DNA of 64,000 nt from an uncultured archaeon (GTDB taxonomy: Archaea > Thermoproteota > Bathyarchaeia > Bathyarchaeales > Bathycorpusculaceae), in assembly GCA_963782915.1 (NCBI GenBank), contig CAWALK010000020.1, positions 32,001 to 96,000 on the forward strand. Direction: 5' to 3'. Under the pieces are notes generated by a model. It saw only the letters and a program-made list of their open reading frames with translations. It searched no databases and was not told the DNA's origin. A program made the translations under genes and the position numbers. Below are positions 1 to 8,646 of the stretch, piece by piece. The number at the start of each line of letters is the position of its first letter. The first letter of the stretch is position 1.

Positions 1-82
1 GTGCAGAAAGTGCCAAAACTGGAAGTAGAAGCCTACTATAACCAGTTTTTTCACTGGAACCTGCCGATGTGCCCCTTGCCAT
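1..82 (-). CDS. 5' end of a probable membrane protein (MFS-like?), truncated by window edge
   Basis: Manual translation from ATG at 82: MARGTSAGSSEKTGYSRLLLPVLALSA..., entering a hydrophobic segment; AT-rich promoter-like region upstream. Confidence 0.4.
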   Translation of the reverse strand, partial: MARGTSAGSSEKTGYSRLLLPVLALSA

Positions 83-357
83 GTCAGCGTCATTTAAAAA
101 GAAGATGTATTTAAAACATGCATATTATTAAGAAATGGAAAATGTATAATTTGCTCTTTTAACCAACGCACCAACCAAATCGCTTGATATCAGCCGGCGA
201 AACTTTTCTCAATCATCAAACTCTTCAGGCTCACTAGGATCGGTTTCTTAGTAGTCGCCTGCGTGTGCGTTGCTGGTTCTCTTCACCCATAGATGGCGGA
301 AAGCAATGTCACGGAGAACACCATAGCATAATATATTATCAAAGCTAATCCTGTCGT

Positions 358-1092
358 ATGCGTAAGATTAAAGCGTCAAGTAGCTACCTCAAGAACCAAA
401 CAAGAAAAAACCTTGCCAAAGCCGTCCTTTGTCTAATTGTATTTGGCGTTGTTTTGGCAGTAGTTATCTTTGGGATGCTTTCTTTGGTGCAGATGGGGCT
501 TTTTAAAGAGATTGGACTGGTTTTTCTGATAGGGCTCATCTTTATGGTAGCGGCGCTAATCGGTTCCTACTATTATCTGCGCAAATACCACATTTTCAAC
601 GGCGGCTATCAGGGCGAAAAACAAGTAGCTAAACTGCTAAGCAATAGCTTAAGCGATGATTACTACCTCATAAACGACCTCTACTTACGTGAAGGCGGCG
701 GAGACATCGACCACATCGTTTTGGCTCCGGGCGGCGTGTTTGTGTTAGAGACCAAAAACTGGAATGGCAGCATATCCGTTAGCGGGGATGAGTGGCATAG
801 AGGTGGAAAACATGATTCTTCTTCGAGCCCAAGCCGCCAAGTTAACCGTAACGCTGGAAGAATTAAGCGCATAATAGATTCCTCGCCGAGTTTGCGGTCT
901 TTAGGCATCTGGGTTGAAGGCATCGTCGTATTAACCAACAAACATTCAACATTACACGTAAACAATCCAACGGTGCCCATTCTCAAGCTTCCACAGCTAC
1001 CAAACCACTTATCCACACATGGAAGCGCCCGAAGATTCAGCCGTGAACAGTTAGAAGCAATAGGAAAAGAAATTGCTAAGCAAAAAGCTTAG
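358..1092 (+). CDS. NERD (nuclease-related domain) protein with two N-terminal TM helices
   Basis: GxxGE...DIDHIVLAPGGVFVLETKNWNG NERD signature. Confidence 0.85.
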   Translation: MRKIKASSSYLKNQTRKNLAKAVLCLIVFGVVLAVVIFGMLSLVQMGLFKEIGLVFLIGLIFMVAALIGSYYYLRKYHIFNGGYQGEKQVAKLLSNSLSDDYYLINDLYLREGGGDIDHIVLAPGGVFVLETKNWNGSISVSGDEWHRGGKHDSSSSPSRQVNRNAGRIKRIIDSSPSLRSLGIWVEGIVVLTNKHSTLHVNNPTVPILKLPQLPNHLSTHGSARRFSREQLEAIGKEIAKQKA

Positions 1093-1783
1093 GCTGCTTA
1101 GGTTCAGGCGGAGTAATCTTTAGCCAATCTTTCCTTGCCACGAAGGCAAAGGACATTATGCCTGTTATGAATAAGCTGACTATTCCAAACGAGTTAGGTA
1201 ACCATCGGGTGAAATCATCGGCAATGGTTGAGGCAAGAATTGAAAGGGAACAGTACATCGCAAAGATCCCGGTGACAAAGGTAGCTACATGAAGACCCAT
1301 TTTTATGCAGCAAGCCTTAGTTTTTATCCAATTCAAACAGAACTCAGTTCTCCTCGAAACATCAGGTAAATCATCCAGCAACATAGCTAACCCTGCCAAA
1401 AAGAACACTCTCGCAGCGTTAACCGGTATATCGTTAGAGTCTACAAAAAACAAACTAACAGCCGAAACAGGCGTCAAAACAGTAACTAACACTGAAGTTA
1501 TCGCTAACACAAAAAAGCCATAAACATAATGGTGAAAGAGAAATCTGCCCGTATGAAGTGATCTGCCTGTTGCAGCGGCTGGGAAGACACAGATTATGCC
1601 TGCGGCGAGTGCCAACAAAAACAGGTTTCCATCAAGCAGATAAGGCGCATATGGATGCCACTGCGGGTTTGATCTGTAGAATCCGTATAGAATGCCGGCG
1701 ACTGTAGCTATAGTGATTAGCGCATTAAAAATTAACGCTAAACTGAAGATTTTCTTAAGTATTACCCAGACGGAGTCAGCCAT
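1076..1783 (-). CDS. hypothetical multi-pass membrane protein
   Basis: 235 aa, ~6 hydrophobic segments, FLFHHYVYG motif. Confidence 0.65.
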   Translation of the reverse strand: MADSVWVILKKIFSLALIFNALITIATVAGILYGFYRSNPQWHPYAPYLLDGNLFLLALAAGIICVFPAAATGRSLHTGRFLFHHYVYGFFVLAITSVLVTVLTPVSAVSLFFVDSNDIPVNAARVFFLAGLAMLLDDLPDVSRRTEFCLNWIKTKACCIKMGLHVATFVTGIFAMYCSLSILASTIADDFTRWLPNSFGIVSLFITGIMSFAFVARKDWLKITPPEPKQPKLFA

Positions 1784-1994
1784 GTATATGCCATGCCCTA
1801 AACTTAGCCTTTAGCTGTAATTTTAGTAACATGGTTTAGTTTGGCGTCTTTTATAAGTAACGCATGTTTACCCGTAAAATTTCCCTTAACACTCCAGCGA
1901 ATTATACGACAATGTAAGCTCGCTTGGAAAAATCAAAATCCTTTATACACCATATTCAAAATTTTTTTAAGCAAGCAACAACTTAGATAGGACA

Positions 1995-2946
1995 GTAAAA
2001 AATAAATTAGCATCAAAGGTTCTAATCTTAACTATAGTGGCAGTTCTGAGCACAATCATTTTAGTTGGCAGCATCAGCGGCACCGCAAACGCGCAGTAGT
2101 TCTGCAAGACGGATTCGAAACGGACTTCTCAAACTGGATCACCAAGGCTCACCCAGCATCGTTTCAACACACTTCGGAGTAAATGCTAGTTACATCGCCC
2201 AGTTACCAGTATCCACGCATTCATACATACAACACTCTTTCACAACAAGCGAAACAGTGACACTCGATTACTTCTTCAGAATAGACTCGACAAACATGAA
2301 TCCTGGCAATTCACTGAAATTTGCAGAAATCGTAGATAGCCAAGGCGGTCGAATCAGCAGTTTATCCATAGCTTGTAACGGCACCGGCGACTTCGGATGG
2401 CAATTCATTGACGCACAGGAAACGCCATATTGATTCCCCAAGGTATAACCAAAACGTCTGGTACCGAATCACTGAAACACAAAAGACAGGCACAGGCACC
2501 GCAGCCTATCAGCTTTGGATCGACAGTGAATTGGTTTTCTCAGCTCAACGGTAACGCCCTAACCCAGCAGCAGGCATAAACATCGGCGCTCTCTCCAAAC
2601 AGGATACGACAGCGCTAACATTTACCTTGACACTTAACCTTAACAAACACACTTGACCCCCTGCCAACACCGACTCCAACAGCGACACCTACACCCACAG
2701 AAACACCCACAGAAGCCCCAACAGATGCCCAACACAAACAGTCGCACCCACAGTAGCCCAACTCCAACCCAACAGCAACCCCAATCGCAAATGAAACAGC
2801 AGCTTTCCCAGTAACCACAGTAATAATTATAGTAGTTGTTATTGTAGCAGTAGTTGCTGTAGTTGCAGTTGTTGGTTATGATGAAAAAACGCAAGCCCAC
2901 TGCAGCAAACGATTGCCTCCTCCACCACCACCGCCACCAACTAAAA
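1995..2946 (+). CDS. secreted, membrane-anchored surface protein (lectin/polysaccharide-lyase-like domain, Pro/Thr linker, TM, polyproline tail); multiply frameshifted
   Basis: Joined frames give signal peptide (KNKLASKVLILTIVAVLSTIILVG), VLQDGFE..DFSNW, PTPTPTATPTPT linker, VIIIVVVIVAVVAVVAVV TM, KKRK, PPPPPPPT; ends approximate. Confidence 0.55.
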
Positions 2947-3023
2947 TTTCCACTTTTTCATTTTTTCTTTTTATCCTTAATTTTTTAAGCAAGACACCGA
3001 TCAAGACATAAAGGATGAGAAAA

Positions 3024-3723
3024 ATGAAGTTCGAAATCAAATACAAACCCTCATACGCCATGCCTAGTCGCCAATCTAGAGCAAGGCGAAATGATTACAG
3101 CTGAATCAGGCGCCATGACCTACATGACACCTAACATTGAAGTCCACACTCGCAAAAGAGAAAAAAGCCTCTGGGGCAGCTTAGGCTTAAGCATAATCGG
3201 CGGCCAATCATTCTGGGTTAACGATTTCACAGCAACCAACGGTGCAGGCGAAGCAGCATTTGTAGCCGCACCAGTCGGAGACATAAAACAACTCGACATT
3301 GCACCCGGCAGCGGCTACATCATCCAAAAATCCGCGTACATAGCCTCAACTCAGGGCATAGATTTAGATGTCAAATGGGAAGGCTTCACCAAAGGCCTCT
3401 TCGGACAAGGGCTCTTTATGATACGCGCCACTGGCAGCGGACAAATGTTCATCAATACCTTCGGCGCCATCGACACCCACACCCTCCAACCAGGTCAAAC
3501 CCTTGTCGTAGATAACTTTCATTTGGTTGGTTTTAGCGAATCCTGCAGTTACAAAGTCACCCGTGTCGGCGGCATAAAAGAAACTTTGCTAAGCGGCGAA
3601 GGCTTAGTCACCCAAATCACGGGCCCGGGAGAAGTGCATATCCAAACCAAGAACCTCCAAGAATTCACGGAGTGGCTCTGGACTCTGCTTGAACCTAAAG
3701 TCAGAGCTGAACGGTCAAGATAG
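3024..3723 (+). CDS. AIM24 family (TIGR00266) protein; +1 indel near 3063
   Basis: MKFEIKYKPSYAM joins ITAESGAMTYM...GGIKETLLSGEGLVTQITGPGEVHIQTKN. Confidence 0.85.
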
Positions 3724-3769
3724 AACAATCTTTTTATTTTCTTTTTTCTTTTAAGCATCGCTAATTGAT

Positions 3770-4135
3770 GTGAACAGCTTGGGCAGTGTTGGATTAGGCG
3801 CATTAGTAGGCTTCATAATAACCGTTATCATAAGCATAATGTATCCCGGAGTCGGCCATATTTTGGGCGGCTTGCTGGGTGGACTCGTCGCTGGGCTTAT
3901 CGCTCGAGGCGTGATTGGCGGAACCATCGCGGGTATCCTCGCCGGCATCGCAAGCGCAGTTATACTGGGCATTTTGGCGCTGGTTGGTTTTGCATGGTTC
4001 GGCGGCTCAACCTATGGGATCCTGGGCGCATTCCTCGCAGGCATAGTCGGCACCGCACTAAGCATAATCGTTAGCATCATCGCAACCATCGGTTCAGCAA
4101 TCGGCGGCTTCTTCGGCGGATTAGTAACCCGATAA
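3770..4135 (+). CDS. Gly-rich small membrane protein (DUF5518-like)
   Basis: GHILGGLLGGLVAG...GAIGGFFG glycine-zipper pattern. Confidence 0.6.
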   Translation: MNSLGSVGLGALVGFIITVIISIMYPGVGHILGGLLGGLVAGLIARGVIGGTIAGILAGIASAVILGILALVGFAWFGGSTYGILGAFLAGIVGTALSIIVSIIATIGSAIGGFFGGLVTR

Positions 4136-4151
4136 ACCGCTACTTTCAATT

Positions 4152-5711
4152 TTACCTATCTAGATTGAATGTTTTTTCGTGCGTTGTCTTCTCCGGAATG
4201 GTATCGAGCACCATTTTCTCTTCAGGCTTATTGCTCAGCACAATCGGCGACAATTGATTTGCCAGTTCTAAGGCTGCAGCGAGTTTACTTGCTCTTTCAG
4301 CATAAACCTCAAACAACACACCATCTTTACGCACGCTCTCGCCCAATTTAGCATGCAAAACTACGCCTGCACCCTTCTCTTTAGGAGCGCCTGCCATACG
4401 TGCAATACGCACAATATCATCCGTACTCAACCACAACACCTTCCCCGCTCGGTCCGAATGTACTGCGGCATGTTTAGGTCCAACAGGCAAATCATCCGGT
4501 TTCACGTTTGGGTTTCCGCCTTGAGCACCGATGATTTCACGCATCTTTTTCTCTGCTTTGCCTGAATCAACCATTTCCTCTGCCATGCCCCGTGGGTTCT
4601 CGACGCCGACCATATCAAACAGCATCGTGGCTAAGCTGATGGCTTTTTCACGTAGGTCCGGTGGTCCGCCGCCCATTAGTGTGGTTAGGGCTTCTCGGGC
4701 TTCTAATGCTGGTCCGATGCTGCAGCCCAGCGGTTGGTCTCCGAAGGTAAGGGCGCATTGGATGGTTAAGCCGAGTCGTTTGCCTAAATCAACAAAGTCA
4801 GAGGCGAGTGTGTAGGCTTCTTGGCGGGTTTTAATTTTTGCTCCCATGCCCGTTGGTATATCTATAACGACATAGTTGGCGCCGATAGCTTTCTTTTTGC
4901 TCAAAATAGAAGGCAAAAGCATGGGGTCGATTCCAAGTGGGTATTCGACTTGTATGAAGAGGTCATCTGCGGGTGCAAGCTCCAATGAGCCGCCCCAAAC
5001 GAGGCATCCGCCTGTCTTTTTGACAACATCCTTGATCTCGTCTATTGCCAAGGTGACTGGGCAGAGTGTTTCAACCCGGTCAGCCGTTCCGGCGGGTGAA
5101 GTGATGGCTCGGGAAGAAGTTTTGGGAATGGTGAAGCCTGCCGCTGCCACGATGGGCACGACAAGCATGGACGTTTTGTCGCCGGGGATGCCGCCGACGC
5201 TGTGTTTATCGAGGATTGGTCCTGCACCGAAGTCAAGTGTTTTGCCGGTGGTGATCATGGCGCGGGAGAGCGCTTCGGTTTCGGCTGTGCTTAAGCCATG
5301 AATGCTCAGCGCTGTGAGGAAACCGGCGATTTCAACAGTGCTTAGGTGGCGTTCAACTACGTCTTTGACGATGGCGACTATGTCTTTTTCGCGCAATCGT
5401 TCGCCATGCAGCTTAGCGCGGATGTTATAGAGCGATTCCGGCAGCGGAGCCAATGTAACCTGTACCGGTTCGTCGTCTTTGATGCCTTCAAGCGCCGCTT
5501 CGGTTTCCTCGAAAAACCCAACCCGGTTGTCGGGGTAGTGCTGTGCAATGTTGGAGATGGCTATCATTTCTCTGGCGCCATATGTGATTTTTATTCTGTC
5601 TGAACTGTGCACGCCAAGCAGATTTGCGGTTTGTTGGCTTATGACGGCGATTCTGTTTCCGCCAGTAGTGATGTTTAGAAGTTCAACAAGTAGCTCCATA
5701 GCTATCCACAT
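4152..5711 (-). CDS. deoA: AMP phosphorylase (archaeal thymidine phosphorylase family)
   Basis: DKHSVGGIPGDKT, PKTSSRAITSPAGTAD, N-terminal extension typical of AMPpase; divergent from RuBisCO. Confidence 0.93.
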   Translation of the reverse strand: MWIAMELLVELLNITTGGNRIAVISQQTANLLGVHSSDRIKITYGAREMIAISNIAQHYPDNRVGFFEETEAALEGIKDDEPVQVTLAPLPESLYNIRAKLHGERLREKDIVAIVKDVVERHLSTVEIAGFLTALSIHGLSTAETEALSRAMITTGKTLDFGAGPILDKHSVGGIPGDKTSMLVVPIVAAAGFTIPKTSSRAITSPAGTADRVETLCPVTLAIDEIKDVVKKTGGCLVWGGSLELAPADDLFIQVEYPLGIDPMLLPSILSKKKAIGANYVVIDIPTGMGAKIKTRQEAYTLASDFVDLGKRLGLTIQCALTFGDQPLGCSIGPALEAREALTTLMGGGPPDLREKAISLATMLFDMVGVENPRGMAEEMVDSGKAEKKMREIIGAQGGNPNVKPDDLPVGPKHAAVHSDRAGKVLWLSTDDIVRIARMAGAPKEKGAGVVLHAKLGESVRKDGVLFEVYAERASKLAAALELANQLSPIVLSNKPEEKMVLDTIPEKTTHEKTFNLDR

Positions 5712-5781
5712 AGATATTGGTTGGTTGGGTAGTTAAAGATTTTAAGGCAAAACGCGATGGTTTAGTTAGCGAGGATTCTGT

Positions 5782-7005
5782 GTGAGGTATCTTGACTTTA
5801 TCGATTTAGCTTACAAGCCTAAAGGAACCGATTTGCTGTGCACTTTCTATGTGGAACCTGAAGGCATCAGCTTAAAAGAAGCGGCCGGTGGGGTGGCTGC
5901 TGAAAGCTCGGTTGGTACATGGACAGAACTCAGCACAGAGCAGCCCTATGTACAGCGGCTAGCTGCCCACGTTTACAGCATAGAAGGCAACGTCATCAAG
6001 ATTGCGTATCCCATTGAACTCTTCGAAAGCGGCAACATGCCCAACATCTTAAGCAGCGTCGCCGGCAACGTATTCGGATTAAAAGCGCTCAGAAACCTGC
6101 GCTTGCTCGATATCGAAGTGCCCAAAGTCCTCCTCGCAGGCTTCAAAGGACCCGCCTTCGGTATAGAAGGAATCCGAAAACTCCTCAAAATCCCAAAACG
6201 CCCACTCGTCGGCACCATCATCAAACCCAAACTCGGCTTAAACACAGCTGACCACGCCAAAGTCGCCTATGACGCATGGCTAGGCGGCTGCGATGTCGTA
6301 AAGGACGACGAAAACCTCAGCAGCCAAAAATTCAACCCATTCGACCAACGCCTCATCGAAACACTGGAGAGCCGCGACAAAGCCCAAGACGAGACAGGGG
6401 AACGCAAAGTTTACATGATTAACGTCACCGCCGAAACCAGCATCATGCTCAAACGTGCACAGGCTGTGGTGGATCAAGGCGGCGAATACATAATGGTTGA
6501 CATCTTAACCACCGGTTGGTCAGCACTCCAAACGCTCAGGGACCAAAACTTCAAACTGGTTATCCATGCCCACCGTGCAGGTCACGCCGCGTTTACCAAG
6601 AACCAACTGCATGGCATCGCCATGAAACCCATCGCGTCAGTCGCCCGAATACTCGGCGTAGATCAACTCCACGTTGGCACCGTTGTGGGTAAAATGTCAG
6701 AGACCAAAGCGGAAGTGCTCGAGAACATCACGGCATGCAAGGGTGAATTGGGCGGTTTGAAGCCTGTGTTGCCAGTTGCGAGTGGCGGTTTACATCCACG
6801 ATTAGTTCCTGCACTGCTGGATTACTTTGGCAACGATGTTGTTTTGCAGGCAGGCGGCGGTATCCATGGGCATCCAGAAGGCACTGTTGCTGGTGCTAAA
6901 GCTATGCGGCAAGCAGTGGATGCAGCACTCGAAGGCAAAACATTGGAAGAATACGCTAAAAGCCATAGTGAATTGGCGCTTGCCCTACAGAAATGGACGG
7001 TTTAG
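5782..7005 (+). CDS. rbcL: RuBisCO form III (archaeal)
   Basis: AAESSVGTWT, GTIIKPKLG, KDDENL, HAHRAGH, GTVVGKM, SGGLHP, QAGGGIHGHP. Confidence 0.95.
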   Translation: MRYLDFIDLAYKPKGTDLLCTFYVEPEGISLKEAAGGVAAESSVGTWTELSTEQPYVQRLAAHVYSIEGNVIKIAYPIELFESGNMPNILSSVAGNVFGLKALRNLRLLDIEVPKVLLAGFKGPAFGIEGIRKLLKIPKRPLVGTIIKPKLGLNTADHAKVAYDAWLGGCDVVKDDENLSSQKFNPFDQRLIETLESRDKAQDETGERKVYMINVTAETSIMLKRAQAVVDQGGEYIMVDILTTGWSALQTLRDQNFKLVIHAHRAGHAAFTKNQLHGIAMKPIASVARILGVDQLHVGTVVGKMSETKAEVLENITACKGELGGLKPVLPVASGGLHPRLVPALLDYFGNDVVLQAGGGIHGHPEGTVAGAKAMRQAVDAALEGKTLEEYAKSHSELALALQKWTV

Positions 7006-7212
7006 GCTCTTTTGCTCCTAAACTGACTTATCCTGTTTGTTGCTTGTTTTTCTACAGTGTGTTGTTGCTGAAAACCGCCTATACACAACAACAACCAGCC
7101 GAGTTGGCTGTGGCGTCTGTTTTGGTTTCTGCGTTTGGTTTGGGTTGCAGGCTGGTTGTGGCGACATCCGCAAGCAGAATAAAAAAGAGCTTGATCACTT
7201 GACGAATTAAAT

Positions 7213-8433
7213 CTAGCGTTTATGTTTTCTCCAAACAAACACAGCCACAATCACTAACACAACCCCAACTACGCCGCTTATCGCCGCTGGCAAGAAATTT
7301 TGGCTCCAGACAAAACCAACTTGCCCTGTAGCATCATCTATTGCGGGGACAGGGGTTGGATCAGTTGGGATAGTTGGCGCATTAGGATCAGGCGTTTGCA
7401 GGAACGGCTCAAAAATTATCGCACCAGAGTAGTTGTCGTCGTGGTAGAGGGTTTGTTTAATCGCTGTCTTGTTGTTTGTGCCCCACCAGTTATTGGTAGC
7501 ATCTAAATCGCCTAAGTGGATATTTTCAACATTATATTGGCTATTATTTTGGAAGTTGTTGTAAGATACTTTAGCAGCTAATCCAGGGCCACATTGCAAA
7601 CCCACGACGTTGCCCACAAACGTGTTAGAGGATAAATCTATGCTATCCCAAAATTTTACGCCTACCTCGTTGCCAAAGAACAGGTTATGGCTAACTTTAA
7701 CGTCGTTTTCGCTTGCTCCGCCAGCGTCAGAGTATAACCCGAGGGTGCAGTTGAGAATTTGGTTGTTAATAATGGTGGCTGAGCTTATCCGTAGACTTAC
7801 GCTTATGCCCGGGGCTATGTTGTTGCCGAATATTTTGTTGCCAGACACTTCGCCATGAGTTCCCATAATTAACAGCCCAACAAAGCCGCTTTTGGTCCCT
7901 ATATCGTTGTTAGTTATGGTTACTGCTCCACCTGCTGCATCTGCCTGAATGCCATCGGAGATTAAGTTGTTAGAAATCGACGGTGAACCTCCTTTTACGA
8001 TGATTCTGCTGTCTATTTGGTTGTTGTCAATTTGATTCGACCCTGAAATTAGAACCAAAGAGACTGAAGAAGGCATAATGGTATTTTGTATTCTGGAACC
8101 GGTTGTGTTTGAATCTAAAATTATGGTGCCATTATTGAACTGAATTTTTTCCGTGAGGGTTCCTTGGGCGTCTAGTGTGCCGTTTATGATTAGGGAATAA
8201 CCGTTTAAGTTGACGGTGGCTCCGGGTTCTATGGTTAATGTTGAGATGCTGCGCAAAATGATGTTGCCCATGAGACTGTAGGGGCTGTTTGTTTTTGTCC
8301 ATGCGGTGTCTGAATTCAGGGGACCCGCCGTCTTGGTGGCAGCTGTGGCTTCTCCAAAAATGGTGACACTAAAAACGCAGCTACTAAGAAGAATGAATAC
8401 GATGAAGGTTAAGGGCACCCTTTTTGATTGCAT
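7213..8433 (-). CDS. surface protein with right-handed beta-helix (NosD-like) repeats and C-terminal TM anchor
   Basis: Signal peptide, WTKTNSPY, Asn-ladder repeats, DATNNWWG, TM + RKHKR. Confidence 0.8.
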   Translation of the reverse strand: MQSKRVPLTFIVFILLSSCVFSVTIFGEATAATKTAGPLNSDTAWTKTNSPYSLMGNIILRSISTLTIEPGATVNLNGYSLIINGTLDAQGTLTEKIQFNNGTIILDSNTTGSRIQNTIMPSSVSLVLISGSNQIDNNQIDSRIIVKGGSPSISNNLISDGIQADAAGGAVTITNNDIGTKSGFVGLLIMGTHGEVSGNKIFGNNIAPGISVSLRISSATIINNQILNCTLGLYSDAGGASENDVKVSHNLFFGNEVGVKFWDSIDLSSNTFVGNVVGLQCGPGLAAKVSYNNFQNNSQYNVENIHLGDLDATNNWWGTNNKTAIKQTLYHDDNYSGAIIFEPFLQTPDPNAPTIPTDPTPVPAIDDATGQVGFVWSQNFLPAAISGVVGVVLVIVAVFVWRKHKR

Positions 8434-8471
8434 ATGTGGCTTTTTACTGGTAGGGCAATAAAAGCGTATTC

Positions 8472-8487
8472 GTCAAGGTTTCTTGAC
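8472..8487. promoter_or_regulatory. palindromic operator GTCAAG-N4-CTTGAC next to BRE/TATA
   Basis: Perfect 6-bp inverted repeat; identical 16-mer at 44350-44365. Confidence 0.55.
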
Positions 8488-8646
8488 TAAACAGGCTCCA
8501 AAAGCCAAAATTCAGCGGTAAAGGGGCTTAAAGTTGACTGAAACATTGAAAAACAAAAACAGCAACCAGCCGAAATTCCACCGATTAATGTCGCAAGCTT
8601 TTTAGGGTATCCTAGCTCGCAAGTTAACTACGCTTAGGGGCTGCTG

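Noticed and set aside
2660-2880. Low-complexity CA-rich and GTA/GTT repeats
   Set aside because: Explained by a Pro/Thr linker and a Val-rich TM helix.
5782-7005. RuBisCO-like protein (form IV) or evidence of a Calvin cycle
   Set aside because: Catalytic motifs are intact and AMP phosphorylase is adjacent, which indicates form III nucleoside salvage; no PRK in the window.
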